This document shows, in pieces, positions 39,601 to 54,000 of a stretch of DNA of 64,000 nt (within the stretch, counting starts at the first letter, position 1; every line of letters begins with the position of its first letter). The notes under the pieces are model-generated. The model searched no databases. It was given only the letters and a program-made list of their open reading frames with translations, and had not been told where the DNA came from. The translations under genes were made by a program, and so were the position numbers. Source of the DNA: Tubiluchus corallicola (taxonomy: Eukaryota > Animalia > Priapulida); NCBI GenBank assembly GCA_030141605.1, contig JAQGDQ010000461.1:1-64000 (forward strand). The letters are read 5' to 3'.

Positions 39601-42600
39601 GAAAATTAGCAAGCGTTGTCATGATCAGTTTTTCATTAAAATTTAGAATATGCATCGTCAGGGCAGATCCATTCATACATTAGAATGAAAGAAACCCCAA
39701 CTATGCAATAATAATTGGAAGATCCATGTCATACGTGAGATCTATTAATGGACATATTTGAGGGTATTATTGGGAAAGTGAACAATCAGGCTCCGTTACG
39801 GTCTGTGCAATTAGTAACCGACAAAAAAATAAAAATAAAGCACAACGGCACTACTAATTAAAAAAAAATTACGTCACTATTCTTAAGACCAAAACACTGA
39901 ATTGTCTATCACAACCACTGCAAAGCCACCAGAAATCTACAACTAATTTATTATCATAAGCCAGTTGCAATTTAACAATTAAAACAATACAGTACTCACC
40001 TTGCATAATTTAACATTATATTACATGTAGTCTTGTTAGTAAACGCCATAACTCGGCCTACAAGGCCAAATCAACAAAATCAATAACCGAAACCGAATAG
40101 ATTAGCATTAGTTATTGAAACTGAATATGTAACGCATAAAATGGTCCTACACCTACTGACCCAGTCACGAATAAGTGAGTTAGTAGAGCAATGAACTTTA
40201 CAACACTAGTTGCCATATAGTTGAAAGTGAAATGCGTGACGAACTCGTAATTAAGCCGACAGAGAGAGGGGGGAGGGAGAGAGACAGAGAGAGTGACGAA
40301 ATACCTCCGAAACAAATCATCGATTTGACTATATGTCATTGGTGTTAGTTAAAATTAAAACTGTTACAAATATTGCCCTTTCAAAACTAAGCGCTTATAC
40401 AGCTGATGCTCAAATAGAGCAAGCAATCATATATTACTTACATCATAATTTTTATCAAGGAAGAAAAGTGTATGAGAAAAAACGTTAGTGTGATAGGTAC
40501 GAAAATAATCTGTAGATTCACTCGTTTTTCTTCTATTGAGCTAATCAGAGCTATTATTACAATACGTCTAAATAAGCCCATTAAACTTGCTTTAAAACGG
40601 AATAATTAATACGGGCATCTCAGAATTGAAACTTTATTCTTGTTTTCGCCCCGAAATGATTTTTGCCCCACCAATTTCTCCAGTGACCGCCCGACTGCCT
40701 CCACCTAAATTCACATCAAATTTCCTCGTGGGTTTTTTCACATTTCACATTTTTCTACTTGAATAAACGCACTTCACGTTTCGCAGCAGGCAGAAAGGTG
40801 AAACAGTTAGCAATAAGCGCTACGCGATTATATTTTTACATTAAGCTATTACAGCGAAGTTTGTTGTCCATCTGCTTTCTTGTTCCTAAACATTTTCCGC
40901 ATGCTTTCTTTTTGCCACACATTCAAGTAGTAGAAAAAAGCGCTAGAATGATAGTCTCAGCCACGATCATTTCTTCCACGGACCGCCCATTAGTCCTCAA
41001 AAAAATTATTTTAGGTAACGTCATGTTATTCGTTTCGATATACAGATATCTTGAAAATGCCAGTTTCATAAGTCAAACTAATATATTTTCTGCATAAATA
41101 ATTCGCTAGTTAGAAAATCTCAATTTGTTCCTTCATCGTTAAACTACACACTTTCAAGAAATGTTGCAACAATTTTTTATTGCTGCACTGCACCAAAGCG
41201 AGATGATTTTATATTTTTTGCTCAGTACTGGCGGCAGTTACTTCGACTACCTTATGACTGCAGCCCTCCAAGCTGCAGGTGTGCAAACTTACACTGTCGC
41301 ATTTGACACACCTGTAATGGAAATACAGCTATAACAGTATAAGAAAACAATTATTAGAACTTGTGGAAAAGCTTTGTTTTTACAACATTGATCAATCCCA
41401 TGCGAATTATTCACTCGCATGTTTTACAACCTAATAGCAATAGTGCAGGAATGCGATTGTGTATATTTGTGTATATTTAACTATTCTGCATTCCCACCAC
41501 AATAATAAATACTACACCTATTTGTAAATAATAGTTTTCTTGTGTATAGTTAGGCTGTATTTTTATTTTACACTTGTAAATATTTTAATCTGTATCTTAT
41601 GGAGATGAACACCAAATTCCAATTACCCAGCATAGACTGACGTACAACCGCTAATATAACTTTATTTATTAATAAAGCTAATTTTCGTCAGCACAGGCAC
41701 GTCACACTAATATAGTCTAATATTATCACTGATACAACAGAAAAACGATACGCAAAGGTGCAAACTTTACTTGTCAATTACGATCTCTAACAGAATTTTT
41801 AATTGAAAACCTTACTCTAGATGTCGCCACAGTTGCTCTGCCGGTGTACCGGTGAACCCAGGAGCTAATGCAGTACTGTGAGAGGGCATCCACCTCGATG
41901 GTCGAATGTTCCGTGCGAAATCGTTTAAAATCCTAGATTCGACAACTACGACAGAGTTAATTTTATATTTGGAACATTTTAGTTTTTTTAAGCACGAAAA
42001 TCTTTTCATACTTTAGTTTTTTACATAACTACTTGTCTTGGTACGACAATCTACAGATGGTGCCAAGCCCGAGCAACTGTAGAAGCGCAGCATGACCGAT
42101 GGTCATACATTTTTTTAAACGAAAGATGGTCCTTTAATATAAATGCTATGTATTATAGACTTATGAGAGAGAAAGAGCAATTGTTCCGAAGGCACAGTAC
42201 TAGAAAAAATTGTATGAATCAACAAAGTCTCTAATATCTAGCAATGTTATATAAATTAGTAATATAATAGTAAAATACATATTGTATTTCACCACTATTG
42301 GTGTCTAATGTGCCAAAAAGCTATCTACAATACAAGTTACAATAATAAAATAATTGTTTTCAAAAATACGATTTGTTTTCGATCACTAAAGACTTTAGTA
42401 CATATTATCTAATGCACTGCATTGAAATTATTGCCTTCATTTGAAATACAATGTTTATAAGATTTCGGACAAGTAAACAATTTTTAGGTTCTTTTCAGCA
42501 ATAAAGCACAAAAATGACTATTTTGAAATACGGTGATTGGAAAAGCTCTGCAAAAGCTGGTTAAAGCTCAAAATTGTGTAATAATATTAATTAACTATTA

Positions 42601-45600
42601 AGTAAGCGACTACTATGTGATGTCCAAGATGTAATGTGTGGGTTCCGCAGTGTCTTCTCTTAGAATGACAGAGTGGTTTTCAAGCATTTCACATTTAAGT
42701 AGTAGGCTCACACGTGGTTTTTGTGTTTTCCATAATTTTTTTTGTATTATTTTTTGAGTGCCTTATGCACCATAATAAAGTAATAATTATAGCTAGTCCG
42801 TTGCTGTACTTGTGGTCTTCTCTCTTCCCACACACACAGCTGGGGTCATCCACCTCTCTTCTGTATGTACACACGCGCATTTGGCAATGAAGTGATCGTG
42901 AAAATGGCAATGAACTTGGCCTAGAATTTAACGAGTAGATGTTTCATGCGAAGCACACCCCCCAAAAGAAAGGTTAACGCTCGCACAATTGCCGAAGCAA
43001 ACCATTGAGTGTTGTTCTAATCTACAACGCTACAGGTAAACATGTTAATTCAACCAAAGGTGAACAACACCTGTTCCTTAGTCAGAACCGACTGATTCGC
43101 TTCGTCTCTCAAACGTCTGATAAACTTGGGTATGAACTATACGCCATTGTGATTATAGTTTCTACATAGTTTGTTACTTGATATATTTGAGGAAGTATTC
43201 TAGTTCTTGCCTAGGCTAAAACCTCTAGTCTTTCATCATCATGCACCATTAGATACATACGCAAATCCACCAACCTTTGACGGACGGGTTTAAATCAACA
43301 TTTCAGTCTTTTGGGCATCAAAAATCATTCTCTATTCTTACAATTATCTTACCACGGAACAAGCCCATGGCCCTGCTTTCGTCAAATCTGAATCTGAAAA
43401 TATTTTTGATGCGTTCGAAATATTTTTTATGTGTTCGTCTTTCTACTAGATACTGATAACGTCAAAGTTACGTAAGTTGCAAGTGATATCGCTCAATGCA
43501 TCACTGTTCTCCAGAGCCGCTTCTGTGTAAGTTTTTATACAAACATCTAGTACTTCTAGGTTATAATATGGTGAACCCTTATTAAAAGCCTTAACAACAG
43601 ATATCTTCATTCTCACAATATCCATATTAACACAGTATGTCCCCAAATAACATACATTGTCGGCATAACTTTATATGCGGCAAATGTGTAAGTATATTTT
43701 ATATTATGTAACTTCTTATAGACTAGCATGCCTGGAAGGCTTTTGCAAAAGATGTGAAACCTATATTACACTGAGAATAGTTCCAGATTTGGTATTATCC
43801 CAAGATACAAATCAAAATAACATGAAAATAACATTTTGGAATTCTATGTGATTAATCGTAGCCTAATAAAGGGAGCAGTGGTTTCTCGAAATATCGTTAA
43901 TACTAATACAACTTGTTGTGATTAATTACCTCCTCCTTTTTTATGGATATACAACACCATCATCAGCCAAAATCAAAACAAAACTCTTTAGGGTATATTC
44001 ATAACCAAAAAACTCAGCACTCTCTCTGGGCAGAATTAATTTGTTTTTATTAGAACAACGCAATCTCAGCAAATATGCGTCAAGCTGCCAGCCGCAAAGA
44101 GTAAGCAACCCCTCTTTCTGCACGCTTTCAGTGTGAGTTACTAGATGTTCGCCAAGCATGGCATCATTCCAGCGTCATCCTCTAACAAGTCATTACACTT
44201 GTCGGTCAAGTCATTACACTTGTAATAGCATTCTGCCACAGACACACATAAACAATTACTAAGAATACATAAATGTAAAGTGTATAACCAGTTACAGTAA
44301 TGAAATTTACAGACAATAGAAACGTGCTTGATTACCATTAGCTCAGTCAGGTTGTATTCAATAGCAGCGGCTGATTGACACAAGAAAAATCTGCGAGACC
44401 AGTCAAGAAAAAAAGCCGCTGAAACAATTAAAGAGGAAGAAAAGTGTGCACCACTAGCTCAGCAAATATTATTAATCTTACTGGCAGGTATATAGTAATT
44501 TATCTTGTAAGTTAAATGTGCACAACAACTGTTCTAACTATTTTTCGAATTTTACACATTGTAAAAACTAGACTTGCTTGAATTTCCTTACTGAACGACA
44601 AACCGTTAAAATGGCTACGTCTAAATGTTGGCACGGGATGTTAATTTACAAGCTTAGTACAGCCCTACTGCTAATACAACCTGCAGTAAGTCAGTATGTA
44701 TTGGTTATACAAAACTTCAAGAGGAATTTTTAACTTTACGTAAAATTTCTCTTGTCCTTCAAAGAAAATTTGGCGATGGGCACAATTCCGTATTATCTTG
44801 AATTTACTAAACATATATCATAACAGCCAGCCCGAAGTTGCAGTGAAAGTCGGCTTTTCAAAGGTCAGAAATTAGTCGGTCTAAACTCCAATCAGCAAAT
44901 GCCCTGATGCGTCTCTGGTATTTTTTTGTAATTATTTGACCTGCATACAATAATGCATAACATGAACCCAGCAAGTGCAAGTTGTAGTAAGTATTGTACC
45001 TCAGGTTCATGTCAGACTCCGTAGAATAGAAAGCTGCAGAATGTCCTACATATGCAGCAACTGAATAATGTGGGTTACAAGTGCAAATAGCTGAATGCAA
45101 GTACAACCGAAAAGCACATTAAAGGCATCATTACAGAAATGTTGCAGGGAGAAATACAAAAATACGAAAAGAAAAAACTAGCAAGAGTAAGTCAGTCTAT
45201 AATTGTATAGGTATTGTACTCAACCTTTTGCTACTGAGGCGAGGGGGTACAGAAACAACGAGTGACGGAACGGAACAATTTATTACATCAAAGTATTGCT
45301 CATTCGATTGCGAATTTACCATTTCCCTCAAATTTTCGTACAGCCAGCAGTTTTGAGGGATATGATCGGAGCAACGACCTCACAACTATGGCAATACTTT
45401 TTTCGATTCAACTGAATGGTTTGGCAATTCACTGAACCTTAACCCCCGCCAAACACCCTGGAACTATCCCGAAAGATGGAGTGGTCACTAAGGAGACAAA
45501 AAACAAGCCACTGATCAGTATTCAACAGATAAGCTTGTGACGCATACGTCAGACGTGTTGGAGGAGGATTTTGAGATTTTCGAGTGCTTCAATCGTATCA

Positions 45601-48005
45601 CTCAAAATTGAAGCTGTGCATGAGACATTGCATGTTGACGATACAAACCTACAGATAACAGGATTTTAAAACCAAAGTTTCAGAAACAGGAAGTGCGAAA
45701 AAGTTGAAACACAGCCTGGATTTGAACCATGGTCTTCTGCTTAAAATACAGTTGCATGTTGTTTGAACAGCAAACAAAAATGTTTAGCATATGTAACTAT
45801 CTGGTCCAGCTCCCGTGCTGCTTTGTTACAATATCTATAACTACGTCAACCACATCCATACCTATTGTAGTACCCTTCTAAACCATGACCAAAATATAGT
45901 CATATTTGATAGTGTACAAATATATAAAAAATACTCGTCGATTCGCTGATTAGTGTGGTACGTTTTATGCTTTAGCTTATTAGTACGTAGCACTGTTCTA
46001 ATGTATGTATTTTGTTGTATGTTAATCTATTTCTATGTATTTCATCTTCAATAGCTACATTACCTGTACACCATTTTTTCTTGAGGTCGCTTTGTCAGTG
46101 GTAACTGTGGCCAAACAGTTTTTGTCTCTTTGACAAAAATAAAAAAACACGTTTTTTGTCAACATTTTTCAGGAGGTTTCTTGACAAGTTTCAATGTATC
46201 TTGAAACTCAACACAAAGTTTCCTATATAATTTAACGCTAGTGATCCGGTACTGACAACAGACTTGTAAGATAAAAAATCATGTTTAATAGCATTTTCAG
46301 TATGCTTATGTAAATCATAGAAACATGGCATTCTTAAAATCGGCAAAAAGCTGCAGTATCGGCGATATAAACCCATTAATTACAAATTTAATTTCTTTCT
46401 GCTTCTCTGAATCCAACAAACGTTTGCGAAAAAGAACAGACATTGCTGAATACAATATTGCAGCCAGGCAAAACGTATTTCCTGTTGCTATTTCTCACGT
46501 GTTGAATGTTACTAAGCAACAAAGTTGAGCTAAACCATCTTCATGATCAACAAGGCAGTGTTTGAGAAAATCATGCCAAGCAATGACAGCTCAACAGATT
46601 CAAGAAATAAAGACATCCTAGCAAAAACAAACTCTCAGTCAGATGTATGCTTTTATTTCAAGTGCTAAGAGTTAACAGATAATAATCACATTCTCCAGAA
46701 TTATGGACGATTATATTCAGACAGAAAATTTCAAAGCTTTGCTGGTAATTAACTGCATTTTGATAACAACTGAATGATTCTCAGCCGCAGAATGTCTAAT
46801 TCGCAAACAACAACTTAGTTCATTTAAATAGATGTTGTCGACAATAAATGACTGATGCTTTAATCAAAGAATGTCCACAAACAAAAAATTCTATTAAAAG
46901 CTTGGCTAATTTTACATACACACAAAAGAACCCTAAAACGTCTTAGTGTCTCCAACAGAAAAAATACAGTACTTCGAAATGCATTACAATGTATTTATAT
47001 TTGAAGACTTAACCCCTACCGCAGACAGTTAAAGAATGGCCAACAGATTCATTAACCCTTTACTGAATGGTGGCAACACGAACGCGTACCTCCAGTTAAA
47101 GAATATTTACTGATTACATTGTATGACGACAGTGTTGTACAAAGACAGTATCATAATTAACCTACTTCTCTTTACTCATAGGTTCTAGGGTGGTTAAACA
47201 AGCCTGCTGAGAAGCACTGAAGTTGTCTTTGATCAATACCGTTGCTAAGTAACAAGAAGATACAGAGGATTTTCTGTACATTAATAGGAGGAATTATCGG
47301 GATCCTTATTGATGTTTATAAGAATTCACTATTCCTTGAAACGCTAAAAGGCTTAATAATAATTAGAATCAGGTTTTCAGACACAAAAAGCAGTATAAAA
47401 AGATGTGAAAATGCCAATAGAAGTTGGCGATTCAACATGTAATAAAGGATATCTACAGTGGCCTGGTTCGTCCTGTTAAGGTTGCCAAATGCTTTCATAC
47501 ATCATGTTTTTTTTTTATTTGGGAATTCTAAAATTCTACTGAACTTTATAACTTGCTTAATACCAGTAGAAAGTCACATTATCATACTATGGCTGAATTT
47601 TTAGAATTAAGATTTTCTGACTTTATTGAAGGCAGAGGACATCAAGATAAGATAGACAGTAATACTATGAACTAACGACCTCAAATTTCAGGAAGACAAA
47701 CACAAACCAGCCCACTGTCTGGTTTGCCTGACAGTTTGCAAATTATGTATGCTCGGCAGACAGAAATTAAATTTGTCTCAATAAGTCTAAAGTTTATACT
47801 ATAATAAATAACACAACATTGAACACACCTTTACAGAGTTCAGTGGACCATTGTAGAATTTCTATTGTTTGCGTATAATATCATTAAATTGGCAATAATT
47901 GATGGAAATCGATAATGTCGGTAGCATCATATGAATTCTTTCTTTCTTTTTTATACATTGAAAGAAATTAGAGAAGCAATAAAAGAGGGAGAGAGAGAGA
48001 GAGAA

Positions 48006-48061
<56 letters not shown>

Positions 48062-51000
48062 GAGAAGCAATAAAAGAGAAAGAGAGAGATAGAGATAGAG
48101 AGAGAGAGCATGTGTGCACAAGTGCACAAGAAAGAAAGAAAGAGAAAGCAAGATTGACAGAACTCCATATCCACATAAGTAAAATTTCCATACCTTGTAA
48201 AGATTATACACTGCTCCAGAATTTCTTCCACCAGGCATTCGATCCTCCCGCACAGCTAATAAAAAACAAGAAAACAGACGATTAATGTAAGCACAATATT
48301 GTCTATTTCTTGAACCACAGCATGGATGATACTATTATGTCCCCCGACTCTCATGCTTGACACCTTGAGGATCATGACATTTGATCAGTATGTAAAAACG
48401 ATACCTTATCGGAGAAAATGTAACTGTCATAGACATGCCTTCATCAGTCAGAACAGCTTAACACTAAATGTCAACTGTTAATATTAATTTCATATCAGTG
48501 CCGTATACCAATCATGTGTACATTGCACAATAAATGCATACGCGATAGTATACCACAAGCAGTCACTCAGTCCAGTTTCTTAGACGCACCAGTGATGCGT
48601 GTTTATGCACAGTGTTCAAATACATAAGATCTAATGATTCCAGTTTACTAATAGCGTGCGCTTCATCTAGAAGTATAAACGAGTCAATTTTGTTTATTTC
48701 AGAGCTAAAGTTTTCTAAGGTAAAATAGCAGGGAATCCCAATTTCATCTTGCACCAACACTGTTTTCCCCACGGCAGTCCTATTTAATAGTTGCCTGCAT
48801 CTGGACTCCACAGGTTCTGATCACGAAAGCATGAAATCGTGCAAACATGCATTACGTAAAAGTGCTACACTGCGTGCCCGATTCAATTGAAAAAATAGGT
48901 AAAACTTTTTAGAGCAATTATTCCCGATATGTGTCTAGGATGGGTTACACAAATCATCCAGTAAAGCTTCGCCTCCTAGCACAATAAATTATTATTATAA
49001 CCTGACATGTTGCTATTAGCATAACTACATGTACAGAATATACAGATACGCCGACATAGATACGATAGGAAACTAGTATAAATCAGGTCCGGGGAAAGCT
49101 TTACGTACACTCTGATTTAGGAAAATACAAGACATAGTAAGTGACAGGTCGGTCTAATTCGTTACATCTCTCTACTGGGATGACTCCCACTACACCCACT
49201 CACCCAGCCTCGTTCTACATCTACTGTGTTTGTGCTTGTTTCCCACTATTCTAGATGTGTCCTGTTGATGACCTTTTACCTATTCGCCCAAAGTTCCCCT
49301 TACCAAATTCCAAATTTAATCCACACCTACTATAGTTCCAACTGTTTGAATCCTCGACCCAGAAGGGTCAAATATTTTTGTCGACCAAGAGGGGTGAACT
49401 GTAAATAGGAAACAGGTCACCCTAGTTCACTGCAATGAGCTGACTCAGATTCTGCCACTACCCACCATCCTGCACCCTCCCATGAAACTGACTGAGGGAG
49501 AGTTATTGCCCAAAAGCTGTTATACGTCATCTAATATCTTCACTTGACATTTTGCAGGAGAAAACCTACCTTTATAGCGATATATTTGCAAAATATTCAA
49601 ATCAAAGATCCGCCCTATACTCTCAACCCCAGAGGAGATCAAATACTTTTGTCAATGTTGGCTTGGCAATGTCGCATTGAATTGATTCGGATTCTCCCAC
49701 TGGCACCATTCTGGGTCCTCTCCCCTTCTCTTCTTGGTGAAGGGGGTAAATTTTTTTTGTCAATGAGGGCTTTAGGTGTCCGTCATTAGGTGAGGGTCTA
49801 ATCTAATTCTTCGCGCACAGCTAACTCCGAGCCTCAACTATGTCCATCATTGCTCTGCCGGCAGCTATTATCTGTTTACCCGCTCTGGATATGCCCTCTG
49901 GATAACCTTTGATCTCGATCATCATTTTGTTCCAAAGTTAACCCATACAAAAAATTTCAAGGCTACCCCAATATGTTCAGATATGGCTAAAACGCAAAAT
50001 GTGGATGAACGCTGCATGACGGTATAAAATCCCAAGACTTGGAAAGACTTGGAACGTCAGGGGAGGTAAAGACTTTCATAGTAGAGTATAAAAATTATTT
50101 TTGGCGCTCTTGCACAGTTGTAGGTGCAGTCATTTTATGTTTCAGCATAAAACTATCTGACTGTCTACAAAATAATGCTAACCGTGAAGATACCAGTAGT
50201 CTGTTTGACCCGTGAGACGCAGTCTGTTTTTTGTAAATTTAACTAAATAAAGTTTAAACTAAAATAATGCTAGATCAAAATGAGAAGTAAATTATTTTTC
50301 AGCAAAAATAAATGTACAAGTACACTTGCCACACTTTTCACAATTCATAAGTGGGGTTCACATTTATGATTTAATCAATGGCTCATAAAGACATGAAATT
50401 GTAATAAACAGTAATAATTTCTTACTAACATTTCAAGCCAAGTTACAAAATACAGAATGCACAGAACTAGTTTTTTGTATATACATACATATAGTTATAT
50501 GAGTTCATATTAAAATAAAAGGCTAAGCAAGAACATGTCGTTGAAAATTTGCGATCAAGTACTGAGAACTTCTACGATCAAGATTATATAGGCCCAAGTT
50601 TTCTTTTGCAAAGACATTTTGTTTACGGTTGCCTGTAACACAAATACAGTAAGTATCTTGTATATGGAGAGCAAAGATTGTGTCAAACACAAGTAAAAAC
50701 AGGAGCATGTTTCATTAAATTAAGTAATGTTAATTATTAATTTTTTGCACGACCTCGTTCATTAACATTCTCCCGGACAGCGGTCAAAGTCAAATCTTAA
50801 CCGTACATTTAACGGAATTCAGATATCATACTTAACAAAATTAATATCATTCGAAATGGTCGCACGGTCATCTAGCTATCAGCCGCCATCCAAGTTCCAA
50901 CTAGCGGGATCCCAGTCTCACTTCGAAATGAACACCTCCCCCCCCCCCAACACCGCAACGTAATTAAAGTAGTCATTGTTCAAATGTTCAATACTATCAA

Positions 51001-54000
51001 CACTTCTGCAGAGAAGCCAACGATAAACAAATGTGAAACTTTAATCCCATCTGCTGTAGCGTTAAAAAATGGCGTACAGTACATGAGAAGACTTTCAACG
51101 TTCGACCTTCTCCAGCAAAAAGCTTTCAACGCGCTTTGAGCACGCTTATTGATTACACAAAGTTGAAGGCCGCTAACCTCTGAGCCAAGGCCAAGCAAAC
51201 CGCGATAAATCAATGCGAGTAAATAGTATACTGGCGAGCGTGTGCTGTACATGCCGTTTCGCAGGCATAATAATAGCAGCAGCAGGTTTTTTTACAAGGT
51301 TGTATAGTTTAAAATGGCATTTCTAACTTTCTCATCGCTACAGAGCACGTGCTTATTATTATATCAATATATAATGCTACCCAAATACAGTCAGTAGTTA
51401 AAGCGAAAAGGTGAACTGAATAATTGTCAAAAAAATTTTCTGAAACAAAATGAAAGTACACGTATATGCTCTTTTGTGGACTAATTTCACAGATAGGTAC
51501 CTTTTAACCACTAAAATAAATCTTAAAGGCAAAAATTTTAAAAATAATTCAAGACTCCGATCTAAAAATATTTGAATCCATCTTCATTTTTACAACTAAT
51601 ATTCTATTATAAAAATCATTACAGATAGGCAATATTTTATTTAACAGCCAACAAATTTAATTTCAGTCAAACGTGGAACTCAGAATCATGTACGTATCTT
51701 TTAATAGTATCCTGGCATTAAGTTGTTCACTTTCAATGCTTTAAACTTTATTGCGGGAAATATGAAATCTAGTTTCTGTATAAAAGTGTAGAAATTAGTA
51801 TACTGTATACAAAAAACCGATAAATAGAAAGGAGCATTGCACACTGCACAGGGTGGAAGGAGGCAGTAGCTAAATAGTAATACTGTAAAGAAAAACAAGG
51901 TGTAAAACATCCACTCGAATTACATTTGATTTCATTTTCTCATTTTCATCTCATACAAAGCGCCACAACGTAATAAAATCTGGCATATCTGCTATGACGC
52001 AACTCGTTCATTCATTCATTCACAAGCACCACTGATCCTAACCTTGGCCGGACGACCTGCACGCCCTCTCGGGTTTAATTTACATCTTATGGCAAAGAGC
52101 GCGGGTTATTATTGTGAGCAAATTAAATTGGGGTCATTGCGGGGCAAGGTTTAAGAACGTTAAGAAAACACCTTTATGCGTTATTTCAAGGTTGTACAAC
52201 GTGCAGTGTGAAAGGAGTGTACACTTAGTAGCATCGCTAGCATACCTTACTTTACCCGCGTGTACAGACAGCGTTAGTAAAACTAATCTAATAGATAATA
52301 GTGTATCACTTACACAGGTGACCGTCAAGCCACATGAACGGTATACGAGTCAACCGTTGAAATAACAATTCAAATACCAAATTTCTTCTGCTAATTTGAG
52401 AAATATTCAGGTCGTACTAGATAATGGAAATTTTAGGAACCTTTTAAAAATGAACGAATCATTGGAATGTATTACGTGTATACAATACTGGAATGAACAC
52501 ACAGTTACTCGATTTTTGTAACTAAATTTGGCCAAAGGAAGCAGATTCGGGAGTGATATGGACTGAACCAAGGGACAATGTCTTACAAGTAACAATCAAC
52601 AGATCACATTATTGATATTTAATATTCATAACGCACACTGTTATTTATATATACGTTTAAGGCAAATTATTCTTAAAAATTGTTAATAGGCGTTTGTAAT
52701 ATTTCAGTGTATTATCAAAGTTGCACTTTTAGTGTATACGTTTCAGGTTTATATGTTCTTTATTTGTTATTATTCAATGTTTATTATACTGTGTAACTCT
52801 CCCACTTGTAAAGTTCAAATTAACCCTAATACGGTATTCTAAAATGATTTATCATTTAAAATGCTAATTAAATTATTATTACTATCAATTCTGCATTTAC
52901 AGACATGAAAGTTCTACTTTTTAAGTTTACTAAAATGCAGAAAAAATACCCATGAATTCTGGTTTGTTAAGTAATTAGCCTAACTCAATTGGGCCTGCAT
53001 ATATCCAGGGGTGTATCCAGGGAAAATGGCACCCATGGGAAGCACTGAAATTGCATCCATGTCCAAACATCTGACACCAATCTTTTTATTTTTATTTATT
53101 TTATTCAAATATACAGAGGAGAGTATTGTAGTATGACATAAAACAACCTACCTATTCAAAAGAAGAATTAAAAAAACTTTGGTAAATAGAAAAAAATGTG
53201 AAAAACGTTTCATGTCTACTTAAATTGCCTAATATAAAGAAATAATACTTTTTAATACGAACAGTACATTTCATAGATTTTGCACAGAATTCTAAACTAT
53301 CTTCCTAAGTTTCTGCGTGAGAATGATCTTACTGCCAGTTGCTACTGAGCATGAGTAGTGATAGTGGGAAATATGTGGTCGTGTAGCCCAAGCACTATAT
53401 TTTTACATAATGATTTACACAAGTTCTTTAACAATCTGGCCACCTTAGTGCTTCTCACACATATAAAAAAAAGATGGATCACATATTTGACGAAAATTCA
53501 TTTTTTTAGAAACTTCCGAGTGGCGCCCCCTTCAAGTGGTGCCCACTTCACCTGACATATCTGCCATGTCCTAGATACGCCACTGCATATATCAACTATA
53601 GTTGACACCCCCGTACAACTGACAACATTTGGCCTGATGTCAAGTCACTTTTTAAACCGATAGGACAACCTCATAACGTGACAGACTTAACTTACGGAAA
53701 AGTACTTAATGAGGGATACTAAAGGGATATTAATAAAACAAAAATATATAGAAAAGGAAATTCAGCCTTTGCTATTTCTTTATCTACATAACATAAAAAA
53801 AATTTCTATGTACTTTCCTTCTATTAAGATCACTCTGCGAAGTGCAAAGCCTAGGTCGGAATTAGGCAATAACTGTATTAATCTCATTTTGCAGATATAA
53901 AAGCTGGACTGGATTTCTTTTTCATTTAAAACAGTAAATATTGGGAAAAAATCCTTTCCTTTGTTATGAAAATACAATTTTAAACTTCACAGTTTAGAAA

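Noticed and set aside
47862-48231. LS-repeat ORFs
   Set aside because: Translation of the (GA)n microsatellite.
49100-50070. GC-richer block that looks like a dispersed repeat
   Set aside because: I could not define termini, a TSD or coding remnants, so it is left uncalled.
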